The translations under genes were made by a program, and so were the position numbers. From positions 941 through 64,940 of the forward strand of contig JAQCKO010000003.1 in assembly GCA_027592325.1 (NCBI GenBank): a stretch of 64,000 nucleotides of DNA, given 5' to 3'. Of this stretch, positions 18,619 through 28,394 are shown one piece after another; positions within the stretch are counted from its first letter, which is position 1; each line of letters begins with the position of its first letter. Origin of the DNA: a bacterium. Its GTDB lineage: Bacteria > Patescibacteriota > Patescibacteriia > UBA9934. Under the pieces are notes generated by a model. That model saw only the letters and a list, made by a program, of their open reading frames with translations, did not search any database and was not told the origin of the DNA.

Positions 18619-19368
18619 TCAATTCGTTTGGCAGTCGTAGGCGCCGTCAGCGTTGACAGTGCAGTTCATTGGGATGATGAGGACCTCGTCGCCGACCTCT
18701 GCGACGTCGAAGAGGTAGTTCATCCAGGCACCATCCACGCCGACGCAGCCTTGGGTGTATTGCCCGGGCGTCCAGGAGTGGATGAGGATGTCTCCCCCCA
18801 TCGCGGTTTGTTGCGACGGTACCCTGCCGCTCTCGATGTGTTTCAGCATGCGTTTCATGGTGGGCTCGTCGATGACACCCTGCGTAAATGCACGCTTGAT
18901 GTCGCGACGGCGGGGGTAGTCGATGCGGAGGCCCTGCTCGAAACTCGTCTTGTACGGGTAGGCGCGATCGGAGTCGCGCGTCGCCTTCACGTGGACGACG
19001 TACTTGCCCTCGGGCGTTGACGACCAGTCGCGGCGGGTCTTTGGCCCTTCAGGCGTCTTCCCCATGTTCACGGGGATGCAGACAGTTTCGCCGCTCTGTA
19101 CCACCAGATAGCCTTCGTAATAAAGGGCGATGTGGTGGGTGTCCTTGAAGACCACCAGGGTGCGCTTCCCGGTTGTTCGACCGTCTGGTCGGTACTCGAT
19201 GGGAAGCTTGCCAAGGTCGGCGGGGCAGGGCGACTCCTTCTCGTAGGAGTAAGGGTTGTCGCTCCACGGGTGGGGAGCGGTCGCGGATGTGGTTATGATG
19301 TCGGCTGGTTTCTGAGGAGCGCAAAATGTCAGGTTTGAGGTCAGGGCGAGAATGAATGCTCGGAGCAT
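18619..19368 (-). CDS. L,D-transpeptidase (YkuD) family protein
   Basis: TPEG.Y, IDYP and ILIH....TQGCV motifs; N-terminal signal-like sequence; visibly GC-richer than its neighbours. Confidence 0.8.
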   Translation of the reverse strand: MLRAFILALTSNLTFCAPQKPADIITTSATAPHPWSDNPYSYEKESPCPADLGKLPIEYRPDGRTTGKRTLVVFKDTHHIALYYEGYLVVQSGETVCIPVNMGKTPEGPKTRRDWSSTPEGKYVVHVKATRDSDRAYPYKTSFEQGLRIDYPRRRDIKRAFTQGVIDEPTMKRMLKHIESGRVPSQQTAMGGDILIHSWTPGQYTQGCVGVDGAWMNYLFDVAEVGDEVLIIPMNCTVNADGAYDCQTN

Positions 19369-19509
19369 GGCATCTCCAGCATGAAGTTAAAGAATTGACT
19401 GACCACTAACCTTAGCTTAAATGTGTTCATTTTGTCAAGGGGGTAATTGTTTTTACTCCTATCAAGCTTGTCAACAAGATTTTCCTGTTTCTCGCTTATT
19501 TTGATATAA

Positions 19510-19779
19510 TGTGCAGCCGATCTCGCTCAGACGCTTTGCGCTCCTGATACGGAATCTGCCTATTGTGCAACTACGGATACGGCGGTCTATTATGTGACGC
19601 CAGATTGCCAGCGGTATTTTTTGAACGAGGATATTTTCATTAGTTATTATTCTTCTTGGGATGAAGTGAAGGAGAATGAGGAACTTTCCTTTATGCCTTC
19701 GGGGCCAAATTATCCCCTTTAATTTGGAACGCCTGTAAAGACGGTGAACGATCCCAAGGTCTGCATATTACTCCTTCCA
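19510..19779 (+). pseudogene. Fragment of CPR-type surface-protein repeat domain
   Basis: TAVYYVTPDCQRYFLNEDIFISYYSSWDEV..*FGTPVKTVNDPKV with in-frame TAA at 19720; resembles the C-terminus of the 46315-49590 protein. Confidence 0.55.
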
Positions 19780-19929
19780 CTTTTGCCACTACCAGTATTT
19801 TTTTGTATTTGTTTCTTGCTTTGAAGAAAAATTACAAAATCAACTGGGTATTACTGTGGCTATTGTAGATATGGATGAGTATTGGCTAGACCGAGAATCC
19901 GATGCCTTCAAAGATGGCCGCGATCAGGA

Positions 19930-19958
19930 ACAGCTCGAATCCATGTGATGCGGAGCCA
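19930..19958 (+). repeat. Cassette junction site 9 (degenerate left arm)
   Basis: ..GATGCGGAGCCA followed by ATGGGACTCGAAC..GTTCGAGT, the same right-half family as site 14. Confidence 0.7.
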
Positions 19959-20024
19959 ATGGGACTCGAACTATCCAATGTTCGAGTTTTGTTTTATGCT
20001 AGAGAAAAATTCGGTTCTAATTAT

Positions 20025-20432
20025 ATGAATCATATAGCAACAGGGATATTGATAGACAAGGATGGAAAACTCTTGGCCTATCTACGAGATGACAAACCGA
20101 GCATTCCGTTTCCTAATCATTGGGATCTTTTTGGTGGATACGTAGAAGATGGGGAAACGAATGAAGAAGCTCTTGTGCGTGAAGTGCAGGAAGAATTGGG
20201 ATGTAACCTCAAAGATTACAGCTTCTACAAAGATTATGAGTGTTTGAAGGGCGATGACCATGTAAATGTGAAGCATGTTTTTGTTGCGCACATTGATGCA
20301 AAAGCGGATGACCTGACTTTATATGAGGGTCAAGAGCTGCGTGGTATTCCACTTGAAGAAATACATGAGTACAAATGGGCAAACATTTTGGGAGTGATTT
20401 TGGATGACTTCGTAAAAGATCAAGCAAACTGA
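20025..20432 (+). CDS. NUDIX hydrolase (cargo)
   Basis: Nudix box GGYVEDGETNEEALVREVQEELG. Confidence 0.9.
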   Translation: MNHIATGILIDKDGKLLAYLRDDKPSIPFPNHWDLFGGYVEDGETNEEALVREVQEELGCNLKDYSFYKDYECLKGDDHVNVKHVFVAHIDAKADDLTLYEGQELRGIPLEEIHEYKWANILGVILDDFVKDQAN

Positions 20433-20464
20433 GCCATCATAGGCTTAACTCCTGCCACTTGACC

Positions 20465-20493
20465 GTTCTGAACCCGTTCAGTATTCGAAGACA
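20465..20493 (+). repeat. Cassette junction site 10 (mutated core)
   Basis: GTTCTGAACCCGTTCAGTATTCGAAGACA plus CTCAGCAGAAATGCTGGG hairpin. Confidence 0.8.
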
Positions 20494-20598
20494 ACATCGC
20501 CTCAGCAGAAATGCTGGGGGTTTGTTATTGTTTTTGGACTTCCCGAAATGGGGTTCGAACTGATATAGTCCGAGAAGTAATTTTTTAACTCTCTAGTT

Positions 20599-20784
20599 AT
20601 GAAGACAATGAAATGTGATATGTGTGAAGCGACCGCAGAAGGCGAAACATTTGAGGCGTGGATGCAGGCTCTCATGCCTCATTACATGCAAGTTCATGCA
20701 GACGTAATGAATGATCCTAAGAATGGGAAAGAGGAGCAGATGAAATGGATGGTTGAAAATAAGGCAAGGTTTGAGGCTGCCTAA
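20599..20784 (+). CDS. Small CxxC/His metal-binding protein (cargo)
   Basis: 61 aa, CDMC..H...H; fills the space between junctions 10 and 11. Confidence 0.6.
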   Translation: MKTMKCDMCEATAEGETFEAWMQALMPHYMQVHADVMNDPKNGKEEQMKWMVENKARFEAA

Positions 20785-20890
20785 AATCACGCGGCAACTA
20801 TCGATTGTTATGCCGAAAAATAATCGCTAAACCAAATCTGACACTGTGAAGGTCGGGGTGCTAGCATGCCCTTTGTACTTCTGAATAGCA

Positions 20891-20918
20891 GTTTTACATC
20901 CTCTACGACGCGGAGCCA
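20891..20918 (+). repeat. Cassette junction site 11
   Basis: GTTTTACATCCTCTACGACGCGGAGCCA (variant of the site 4-6 type) with the right half shared with site 10. Confidence 0.85.
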
Positions 20919-21104
20919 ACAAAATCTCAGCAGAAATGCTGGGATTTTGTTATTGTTTTTGGATTACCCGAAATGGGGTTCGAACTGGTAAAGTATATCT
21001 GTATGGATTCGATCAAATTTCACCCGAACGATGGCATGCATGTCTTGAAGACGATTGGCTAACCATACATGAAACAGAAATTAAATGATCACCGAAGAAA
21101 TACC

Positions 21105-21491
21105 ATGAAACTCAAAATCCAAACAGCTAATGCCCCCTTGCCAAAAAGTAGCCCTCACTCCCAGGCCATCGTCGCGAATGGTTTTGTTTTCACTCAAGGT
21201 TCCATTTGCTTAACAACTGAAGGTAAACTTCTTGAGGGAACCATCGAAGAACAGATTCATCAAATCATGAAAAATCTGAAAGCTATTTTGGATGAAGCGC
21301 ATGTGTCATTTGAAGATGTAGTGAAGTCCACCATTTATCTTACAGACATGTCGTTATACGGAAAGGTAAATGAGATTTATGGGAGCTACTTCTCAGATCC
21401 ATACCCAGCACGGGAGACCGTATGCGTTTCCGAGCTTCCTCTTGGCGCGAAGGTTGAAATCAGCATGATCGCCGCCTTAACTATCCAATAA
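21105..21491 (+). CDS. RidA/YjgF family enamine deaminase (cargo)
   Basis: SQAI..NGFVF, VVKSTIYL.D, VN..Y..YF..PYPAR and LPLGAKVEI motifs. Confidence 0.9.
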   Translation: MKLKIQTANAPLPKSSPHSQAIVANGFVFTQGSICLTTEGKLLEGTIEEQIHQIMKNLKAILDEAHVSFEDVVKSTIYLTDMSLYGKVNEIYGSYFSDPYPARETVCVSELPLGAKVEISMIAALTIQ

Positions 21492-21575
21492 CCTAATGAT
21501 GCATTTGCGTGATGAAGTGACAGCTGGTGTGCATTTTCTCCATACTCACCTTCACCTCAGCATAAACACTCCCCA

Positions 21576-21604
21576 GTTCGGTAAAAAGGTAATCTAGGGA
21601 GCCA
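21576..21604 (+). repeat. Cassette junction site 12 (divergent left arm)
   Basis: GTTCGGTAAAAAGGTAATCTAGGGAGCCA keeps the 29-bp GTTC..GGAGCCA spacing; right half shared with site 13. Confidence 0.8.
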
Positions 21605-21684
21605 GCAAAAGACATATGTTTTACAGGTGTTTTTTTGTTTGACCCAAGTGGGACGTCAGAACCAGAATCTGATAAACTGTCATT

Positions 21685-22335
21685 ATGAAACGGCTAAAAG
21701 ACACATTTCTTGAGACAATACAGTCACAGATCAACTTTACTGAAAAAACGTTATTTGAAGTTGGATGTGGAGATGGTTCTCGTACGGTGCAAATGGCAAA
21801 ATACTGCAAGCAAATTTTTGCCATAGAACCTGACGCTGAAAAGGTGCAGTTAGCTATAAAGTCGAATGCACAAAAAAACATTACCTACTCCGTTGGATAT
21901 GCCGAGCAGCTACCAGCGGGAGATCATACATTTGATATCGTGATCTTCACACTCTCTCTGCATCACGTAGCAATCAAGAAAATGAATGTAGCTTTAGACG
22001 AAGCGATTCGTGTAGTAAAAAAGAATGGATACATAATTGTTTTCGAACCAGCCTTCAATGGATCATTTTTTGAAGCCGAGATCGCTTTTGATGCATGTGA
22101 TGGTGATGAGCGGATGCAAAAGGCATCCGCTTACGCACACATACTCTCACATCCGAATCTTAAAGAGGTGGCGGAACTGAATGACGAAACAGTTTTTCAG
22201 TTTGATTCGTACGAAGATTTCGTTTCGTCCATGAATCCATCAATTCGAACAGCTGATGAAATCAATACCTTTCTCGAAAAGCATAATTACGTCTTAAAGG
22301 CAGATCGTCGCATCAATATTTTTCAACCTTATTAG
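21685..22335 (+). CDS. Class I SAM-dependent methyltransferase (cargo)
   Basis: EVGCGDG, FDIV, SLHH and RVVKKNG motifs. Confidence 0.85.
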   Translation: MKRLKDTFLETIQSQINFTEKTLFEVGCGDGSRTVQMAKYCKQIFAIEPDAEKVQLAIKSNAQKNITYSVGYAEQLPAGDHTFDIVIFTLSLHHVAIKKMNVALDEAIRVVKKNGYIIVFEPAFNGSFFEAEIAFDACDGDERMQKASAYAHILSHPNLKEVAELNDETVFQFDSYEDFVSSMNPSIRTADEINTFLEKHNYVLKADRRINIFQPY

Positions 22336-22360
22336 ATTTTCTAAAACCGCCAAATTCATC

Positions 22361-22389
22361 GTTCTGAATCCGTCCAGTATGCGGAGCCA
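22361..22389 (+). repeat. Cassette junction site 13
   Basis: GTTCTGAATCCGTCCAGTATGCGGAGCCA (one mismatch to site 1). Confidence 0.9.
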
Positions 22390-22485
22390 GCAAAAGACAT
22401 CTGTTTTACAGGTGATTTTTGTTTGACCCAAGTGGGACGTCAGAACCATTGACCTTTATTTTTTAATCCTAGATACTTTAACAGT

Positions 22486-22983
22486 ATGGATGACGTATAC
22501 ATTGGTAAAGGAAAGCTTGCAGGAAAGGGTGTGTATGCAGCTCGTGATTTCGCAGTCGGCGAAGTCGTGAAATATTACAATCTCAAATCTTTTTCACAAT
22601 TAGATTTTGATAACCTCCCCGATGAAGAGAAGATGTTTGTACATTCCTTTTGGGGCGAGATGTTTTTATTTCCAGAACCATCTCGATATACAAATCACTC
22701 AGCAAATCCAAATACCCGATCGGATCTTAAGAAAATGTGTGATATTGCCATAAGACCCATCAAAAAAGGAGAAATGATAACTACTAATGCGACTACCGAG
22801 GTGCGCAAAGAACTACAAACATTTTTGGAGGCTCACGAGGGTATTGAGATTAAAGATTTCAAATGGCTCAAGGGTGGTTACCGAAATGCTACTGTTTCCT
22901 ACTTGGTATCAAACGGGTCTAAGAAAGTGCTCAATCTAAAGCGAATCGATGGAAATTGGCGTATTTTGAAAGAGAGTGTTTAA
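22486..22983 (+). CDS. SET-domain protein (cargo)
   Basis: GKGVYAARDF..GE, RYTNHSANPN and AIRPIKKGEMIT motifs. Confidence 0.85.
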   Translation: MDDVYIGKGKLAGKGVYAARDFAVGEVVKYYNLKSFSQLDFDNLPDEEKMFVHSFWGEMFLFPEPSRYTNHSANPNTRSDLKKMCDIAIRPIKKGEMITTNATTEVRKELQTFLEAHEGIEIKDFKWLKGGYRNATVSYLVSNGSKKVLNLKRIDGNWRILKESV

Positions 22984-23011
22984 GTTTATATGTACTTCGC
23001 TCCATTTCACC

Positions 23012-23040
23012 GTTCGGAACCCGTCCACCAATCGGAGCCA
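23012..23040 (+). repeat. Cassette junction site 14 (last detected)
   Basis: GTTCGGAACCCGTCCACCAATCGGAGCCA plus GACTCGAAC..GTTCGAGTC hairpin. Confidence 0.85.
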
Positions 23041-23145
23041 ATGGGACTCGAACTGTTAAAGGTTCGAGTCTTGTTTATGCCAAAGAAGATAGTAGTTCAG
23101 AGAGTAGCAATGTTCAATCATACGAAATACTGATAACATACCTTT

Positions 23146-23523
23146 ATGCAAAGAGATGTATTTCTGACATTTTCCAGATGGGTAGCAGTTATGTTGTTGA
23201 CTGCTTCTTTTGTGATCCCCTCTGTGCATAGTGTACATGCAGCTGAAATGGAAATGGATCATGAGAGAATGCACACGGAATGTAAGGATACTGGCTGTGA
23301 AGATTCAGAAGCTAAGCAAGATTGCTTGGAGCATTGCTTGCAAACCAATGCATCGGATGGGGTACTGTTTGTTATTGCTCCACACCAGAATGATACGCGA
23401 TCAGATACCATTCATCAGGAAATATTTGAAAGGCCTGCTCGAAAAGCAGCAAAATTATTTACGCAAAAAACTGGCCCTCCGCACAACAGGGAACGCCACC
23501 TCACAACTCAAAAACGAGAATAA
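23146..23523 (+). CDS. Putative secreted Cys/His/Met-rich metal-binding protein
   Basis: Signal-like N-terminus, MEMDHERMH, C..C and CLEHC, GPP tail; leads a copper operon. Confidence 0.6.
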   Translation: MQRDVFLTFSRWVAVMLLTASFVIPSVHSVHAAEMEMDHERMHTECKDTGCEDSEAKQDCLEHCLQTNASDGVLFVIAPHQNDTRSDTIHQEIFERPARKAAKLFTQKTGPPHNRERHLTTQKRE

Positions 23524-23569
23524 CACATTGGGGCATCTTCATTCAGAAATCCTAATATTTTTATTTTCT

Positions 23570-24916
23570 ATGGCAAAGCAGCAATTCTTCGTTCAGGGGA
23601 CTTCATGTAAAAGTTGTGAGGTCATTATTGAACGAGAGCTAAAAAAACAATCTGACATCGTATCTGTTGATGTTTCCCATGTTAAACGTCAAATCACGAT
23701 CAAAACGTTGGGTGACCGAAGGTATTCTCACGAAGAAATACAAACAATTCTAGAAAAATTTAACTATACAGTTGGTACAAAAGATCAATCACGGCATCAA
23801 ATAAAGCCGGCAATAAACTGGCAGGGGGTCGGTGCCGCGGCGATCTTTGTGTTATCGCTCTATATCATTTTGGACAGACTTGGCTTACTGCGGCTTAGCC
23901 CTTCCTCTGCTGAACCGGCGAGTTTGATAGGAATCCTAGTCATTGGCTTCATTGCCTCTCTGTCATCTTGTACAGCAGTTGTAGGAGGCCTTGTTGCGAC
24001 CGTGAGCAGTGCTGTCGCTAAAGATCAGGTGAGGATGTCGTCGAAAGAACGCTTCATGCCGCATATTCTTTTTAATGGAGGTCGTATTCTGGGGTTCTTT
24101 ATCTTCGGTGCCCTTATTGGCTACGCTGGATCAGCACTACAACTTAGCCCAGCACTAAACGGTATTTTCGTTGTCGTTATTGCAATTCTCATGATCATTA
24201 TAGGCATAAACCTTATGGGAGTATTCCCGGCTCCTCTGATCGGTGTACCGAAATGGTTAGCGCATAGAGTACATGCTATCGCTGAGTCAAAAGATCCAAA
24301 AGCGCCAATGGTGTTAGGTGCCATGACGTTCTTTCTTCCCTGTGGATTCACCCAGTCAATGCAATTGTTCGCCCTGACCCTTCAAGATCCAATTCAATCC
24401 GGCCTCGTGTTGGCTGTTTTTGCCTTTGGAACGTCTCCGGTTCTTCTTGGTATTGGTGGAGCTATATCTTATGCTTCTGGAAATACCTTAAAGAACATAA
24501 CGCAATTCGCAGGAGTGATCGTCCTCATTCTTGGAATTAGCAATGTTGGGAATGGCTTTGCGCTACTCGGAGTAACGGCTGATCGCATATTTGCGAAATC
24601 AACACAGACAGGTGCTTCAGGAGGGGTGTTGATCGTAAACGGTCGTCAACAAATTGAAATGGATATGACGAGTCGCGGTCTTTATGACCCAGATGTTTTG
24701 TCGGTTCAAGAGGGAATTCCTGTCGATTGGATCATTAACGGAGATGACTTTATGGGCTGCGGAGACACCTTAATAATGCCTGCTTTCGGAATAAACACGA
24801 CATTAAAGACTGGTCCAAATCTTGTGCAGTTTACTCCTACGAAAACAGGCCGATATCCATTCAGTTGTTCAATGGGAATGATCCGTGGAACAATGGTCGT
24901 CACACCAGCAAGCTAA
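23570..24916 (+). CDS. HMA domain + DsbD_2/TauE-like membrane domain + cupredoxin fusion protein
   Basis: [23 protein letters not shown] and C-terminal FSCSMGM; start ATG 23570. Confidence 0.85.
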   Translation: MAKQQFFVQGTSCKSCEVIIERELKKQSDIVSVDVSHVKRQITIKTLGDRRYSHEEIQTILEKFNYTVGTKDQSRHQIKPAINWQGVGAAAIFVLSLYIILDRLGLLRLSPSSAEPASLIGILVIGFIASLSSCTAVVGGLVATVSSAVAKDQVRMSSKERFMPHILFNGGRILGFFIFGALIGYAGSALQLSPALNGIFVVVIAILMIIIGINLMGVFPAPLIGVPKWLAHRVHAIAESKDPKAPMVLGAMTFFLPCGFTQSMQLFALTLQDPIQSGLVLAVFAFGTSPVLLGIGGAISYASGNTLKNITQFAGVIVLILGISNVGNGFALLGVTADRIFAKSTQTGASGGVLIVNGRQQIEMDMTSRGLYDPDVLSVQEGIPVDWIINGDDFMGCGDTLIMPAFGINTTLKTGPNLVQFTPTKTGRYPFSCSMGMIRGTMVVTPAS

Positions 24917-24917
24917 T

Positions 24918-27035
24918 ATGAAAAAACATACATTCAAAATCTCAGGCATGCATTGTGCGTCCTGTGCTGTCAAAATCGAAGGAGCTCTGCAGAACCTTCC
25001 GGAAGTAAAAAATGCTTCTGTTAATTATGCAACAGCAGAAGCTCATGTTGAATCAGAATCAGAGGATGTAAAACACCTTCATGACGTCGTTATTGACGAG
25101 GGATACAAGGTTATTAGCGGTGACGCAAAGCATGAACACTATAGCGATGCAAGGCAAGGCAAGAAAAAGGCAATCATTGCAAGCGTGTTGGCATTGCCAG
25201 TCTTCATACTTGCAATGTTTATGCTTGATGTTCCGTACAGGCCTTACATTGAAGCAATTCTCACGTACATCATTGTTTTTGGCCCCGGAATGGAGTTTCA
25301 CAAAATGGCTTGGAAGCAACTGAAGAGGAGGAGGGCGAACATGGACAGTTTGATTTCCATGGGAACGCTTGCAGCAACCGCGTTCAGTAGTTGGTCGTTA
25401 ACTCAAAACGGGGCAGTCTATTTTGAAACAGCTGCCGTTATCACTGCACTTATTCTCGTAGGTCGATATCTCGAGGCGTATAGCAAAGGTCGTGCCGGTG
25501 AAGCAATCCAAAAACTGTTAGAGTTGGGGGCAAAAACGGCGCATCTCGTACAAAAAGATGGATCAATCAAAGAAGTAGATGTCACCTCCTTACAAGTAGA
25601 TGATGTTGTACTCGTAAAGCCAGGAGAAAAAGTACCGCTAGATGGAATGGTTGTAGATGGTTCAACACGTATTGATGAGTCTATGCTGACGGGCGAGAGT
25701 CTTCCTGTAAAAAAGACTCTGAAGCAAGCGGTGTATGGAGCAACGGTAAACCAGACGGGCGTGATAAAGGTTCGCATAACGGCCGCATCAACAGAATCAG
25801 TATTGGCTAGCATTATTGAATTGGTAAAAAACGCGCAGGCAGAGAAAGCTCCAATGCAAAAGCTTGCTGACCGAATTTCAGGAGTTTTTGTTCCGGTTGT
25901 TATAGGTATCGCTCTTTTGACATTTGTTATTTGGCTAGTAGTGACAGGGAGCATTGAGGAGTCACTCATACCCGCAGTTGCGGTATTGGTGATCGCCTGT
26001 CCATGTGCACTTGGACTTGCTACACCTACGGCCATACTTGTTGGAACCGGTCGAGCGGCAAAAAGCGGTATCTTCATTAAGTCCGGAGAGGCGCTTGAGC
26101 GCGGTAAAAATCTTGATATTGTAATGCTCGACAAAACGGGAACAATTACCAAAGGAAAGCCTGCAGTTACAGATATTATTCCTAATGGAGTTCCTGACAA
26201 TGAGCTTCTCTCCATCGCTGCATCGGTTGAGGTACATTCAGAACATCCGCTTGCAGCTGCGATCGTTCGGTCAGCAGAAGAGAAGAAGCTAAAATTACCG
26301 AAGGCATTGAATACTCAGTCAGAAACCGGAAAAGGAATGTTTGGCATTGTGAACGGAGAAGAAGTTCGAGTCGGACGAAAAGGGTTTATTTTAGGATCGG
26401 AAGCTATTCCCAAAGCGGACGTTGAACGACTGGAAAATGAAGCAAAAACGGTTATATTTGTATCACGTGGTCATGAATACGTTGGCGCAATTGCCGTTAG
26501 CGATCCAATAAAAGATGGAGCGATTGAGGCTATTCAACAACTGCGTGCGTTACATATACATCCAGTCATGCTGACGGGGGACAATAAAAGAACAGCGGAA
26601 GCGATTGCGAAACAAGTCGGCATCAAAGATGTTCATGCTGAAATCTTTCCAGAGGATAAATTACATCTTGTGAAGCAGGAGCAAAAGAATGGGAAGAAAG
26701 TGGTATTTGTTGGTGACGGTATTAACGACGCTCCAGCACTAACGCAGGCGGATTTAGGGATAGCTATGGGAACGGGGACCGATATAGCAATCGAATCGGG
26801 ACAGATTGTCATAGTTGGCGGTGAAGCCACCAAAATTCCTGAAGCAATCCGTATTTCTCGAAAAACGGTTAGTACGATTAAACAGAATCTGTTCTGGGCG
26901 TTTCTCTATAACACGCTCGGCATACCGCTGGCTGCATTTGGATTACTTAATCCTATGATCGCTGCAGGAGCAATGGCTTTCTCGTCGATATCAGTATTGT
27001 TGAACTCCCTTCGTCTTCGTAAAATCAACAAATAG
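24918..27035 (+). CDS. copA: P1B-1 copper-exporting P-type ATPase
   Basis: [36 protein letters not shown] and MAFSS motifs. Confidence 0.93.
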   Translation: MKKHTFKISGMHCASCAVKIEGALQNLPEVKNASVNYATAEAHVESESEDVKHLHDVVIDEGYKVISGDAKHEHYSDARQGKKKAIIASVLALPVFILAMFMLDVPYRPYIEAILTYIIVFGPGMEFHKMAWKQLKRRRANMDSLISMGTLAATAFSSWSLTQNGAVYFETAAVITALILVGRYLEAYSKGRAGEAIQKLLELGAKTAHLVQKDGSIKEVDVTSLQVDDVVLVKPGEKVPLDGMVVDGSTRIDESMLTGESLPVKKTLKQAVYGATVNQTGVIKVRITAASTESVLASIIELVKNAQAEKAPMQKLADRISGVFVPVVIGIALLTFVIWLVVTGSIEESLIPAVAVLVIACPCALGLATPTAILVGTGRAAKSGIFIKSGEALERGKNLDIVMLDKTGTITKGKPAVTDIIPNGVPDNELLSIAASVEVHSEHPLAAAIVRSAEEKKLKLPKALNTQSETGKGMFGIVNGEEVRVGRKGFILGSEAIPKADVERLENEAKTVIFVSRGHEYVGAIAVSDPIKDGAIEAIQQLRALHIHPVMLTGDNKRTAEAIAKQVGIKDVHAEIFPEDKLHLVKQEQKNGKKVVFVGDGINDAPALTQADLGIAMGTGTDIAIESGQIVIVGGEATKIPEAIRISRKTVSTIKQNLFWAFLYNTLGIPLAAFGLLNPMIAAGAMAFSSISVLLNSLRLRKINK

Positions 27036-27156
27036 CCTCACTTTATGATTTCTAGTTGCACGAATTGAATCCGATCGAACGTAGCGTTGACGATTTCGCT
27101 GTTCAAAATTCATAAGTTGTCTATACTGCCTTAAAATATTGTTATTATTGAATACT

Positions 27157-28394
27157 ATGCGAGTAGCGATTATTGGCGGGGGAGCGGCCGGAATGATGTG
27201 CGCGGCGACGTTGCAGGAAATGAATTCTGCTACCGATATTTTTCTTATTGAACGAAATCATAGTCTTGGGAAGAAGGTCATTATTTCTGGCGGAGGCCGT
27301 TGCAATGTAACTACCGGAATTCACGATGTAACAACTGTACTCACCAACTACCCGCGCGGGAATAAATTTTTAACCTCGGCGATGTATGGATTCCCTCCAG
27401 AGGCTGTGTATGCGTGGTTTGAAATGCATGGAGTGCCCCTGAAAACGCAGCCAGATGAACGTGTCTTTCCGGTTTCTGACAACGGGGAAGATGTCGTTGG
27501 TGTATTTGAGAGGCTTTTTGAGAAATCTCGTGTACATGTCTTAGTGAATCATTCAGCTATATCGGTAAAAAAGAACGGGAAGCAGTTTGCCATCGTATGT
27601 AAAAGCAAGCAGGAGGTTCTGCTTGTCGACAGTGTTGTTATCGCTACGGGTGGACAAGCCTATCGACAGACCGGTTCAACAGGAGATGGGTATGCATTCG
27701 CCTCGGAACTTGGTCACACAATTACCCCGCTTGCACCAAGTTTAAATGCATTTTTTACAAAAGAACAGTGGCCTGCAGACATTTCAGGTCTTTCGTTCCA
27801 AGACGCACTCATTACGGCTTTTGGGAACAGGCACATTTTCGAGGACCGTTTCTCTTCACACATAAGGGGATTAGTGGACCTGCTGTTTTTGCACTTTCAG
27901 CGCTGACGGCATTTGAGTTTTATGACAGAGAACATCCGCTGAGAATTGTGATTAATCTCTTTCCGCAAGATAGTATGGAGGAATTATTTCGTCGTTTAAA
28001 GGAAATTATTAACCATGCTGGAAAAAAACAGTTTTCGACCGTCTTAGGAAAGATTATCCCAAAGTCGCTTGTAATGATCGCCTTGCCGTTCTTAAAGATT
28101 TCGCTTTCTCGCCGAGCAAATGGTGTGTCAAATGTTGAGTTGCGCTGTCTTGTAGACTGGCTTATGGCAATCCCTCTGCATGTGATACAAAGGGGGGCTG
28201 GTGATGAATTTGTCACTGCGGGTGGGGTAGATCTTTCAGAAATCGACCCTTCCACCATGCAGTCAAAGGTTTGCAGAAACCTTTACTTTGCGGGAGAAAT
28301 TTTGAATGTGGATGGGTTTACGGGCGGCTTCAATTTGCAAGCATCTTGGGCGGCAGGCAGAGCAGCGGGAACTGCGATTGGGAAGTATGAGTAA
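27157..28394 (+). pseudogene. HI0933/BaiN-family flavoprotein split by a frameshift
   Basis: GGGAAG and SGGGRCNVT in one frame; LFTHKGISGP, VTAGGV and TGGFNLQ in the next; shift near 27820-27835. Confidence 0.8.

Larger units (their letters stand above)
7062..23040 (+). mobile_element. tRNA-Asn-anchored tandem gene-cassette array (integration hotspot)
   Basis: 14 direct-orientation junctions sharing the tRNA 3'-terminal core (C)GGAGCCA or a close variant separate co-oriented cargo genes; contains a recombinase-like remnant. Confidence 0.85.

Noticed and set aside
7968-23040. CRISPR array interpretation of the ~29-bp repeats
   Set aside because: Repeats are separated by 0.2-5 kb gene-bearing segments rather than 30-40-bp spacers, they are degenerate, and no cas genes are present
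7062-23040. Classical integron (IntI/attC)
   Set aside because: No tyrosine recombinase in the window. The palindromes run GTT...AAC rather than RYYYAAC...GTTRRRY, and the shared core is the tRNA 3' end.
7062-23040. Prophage or ICE
   Set aside because: No structural, terminase, replication or conjugation genes recognisable
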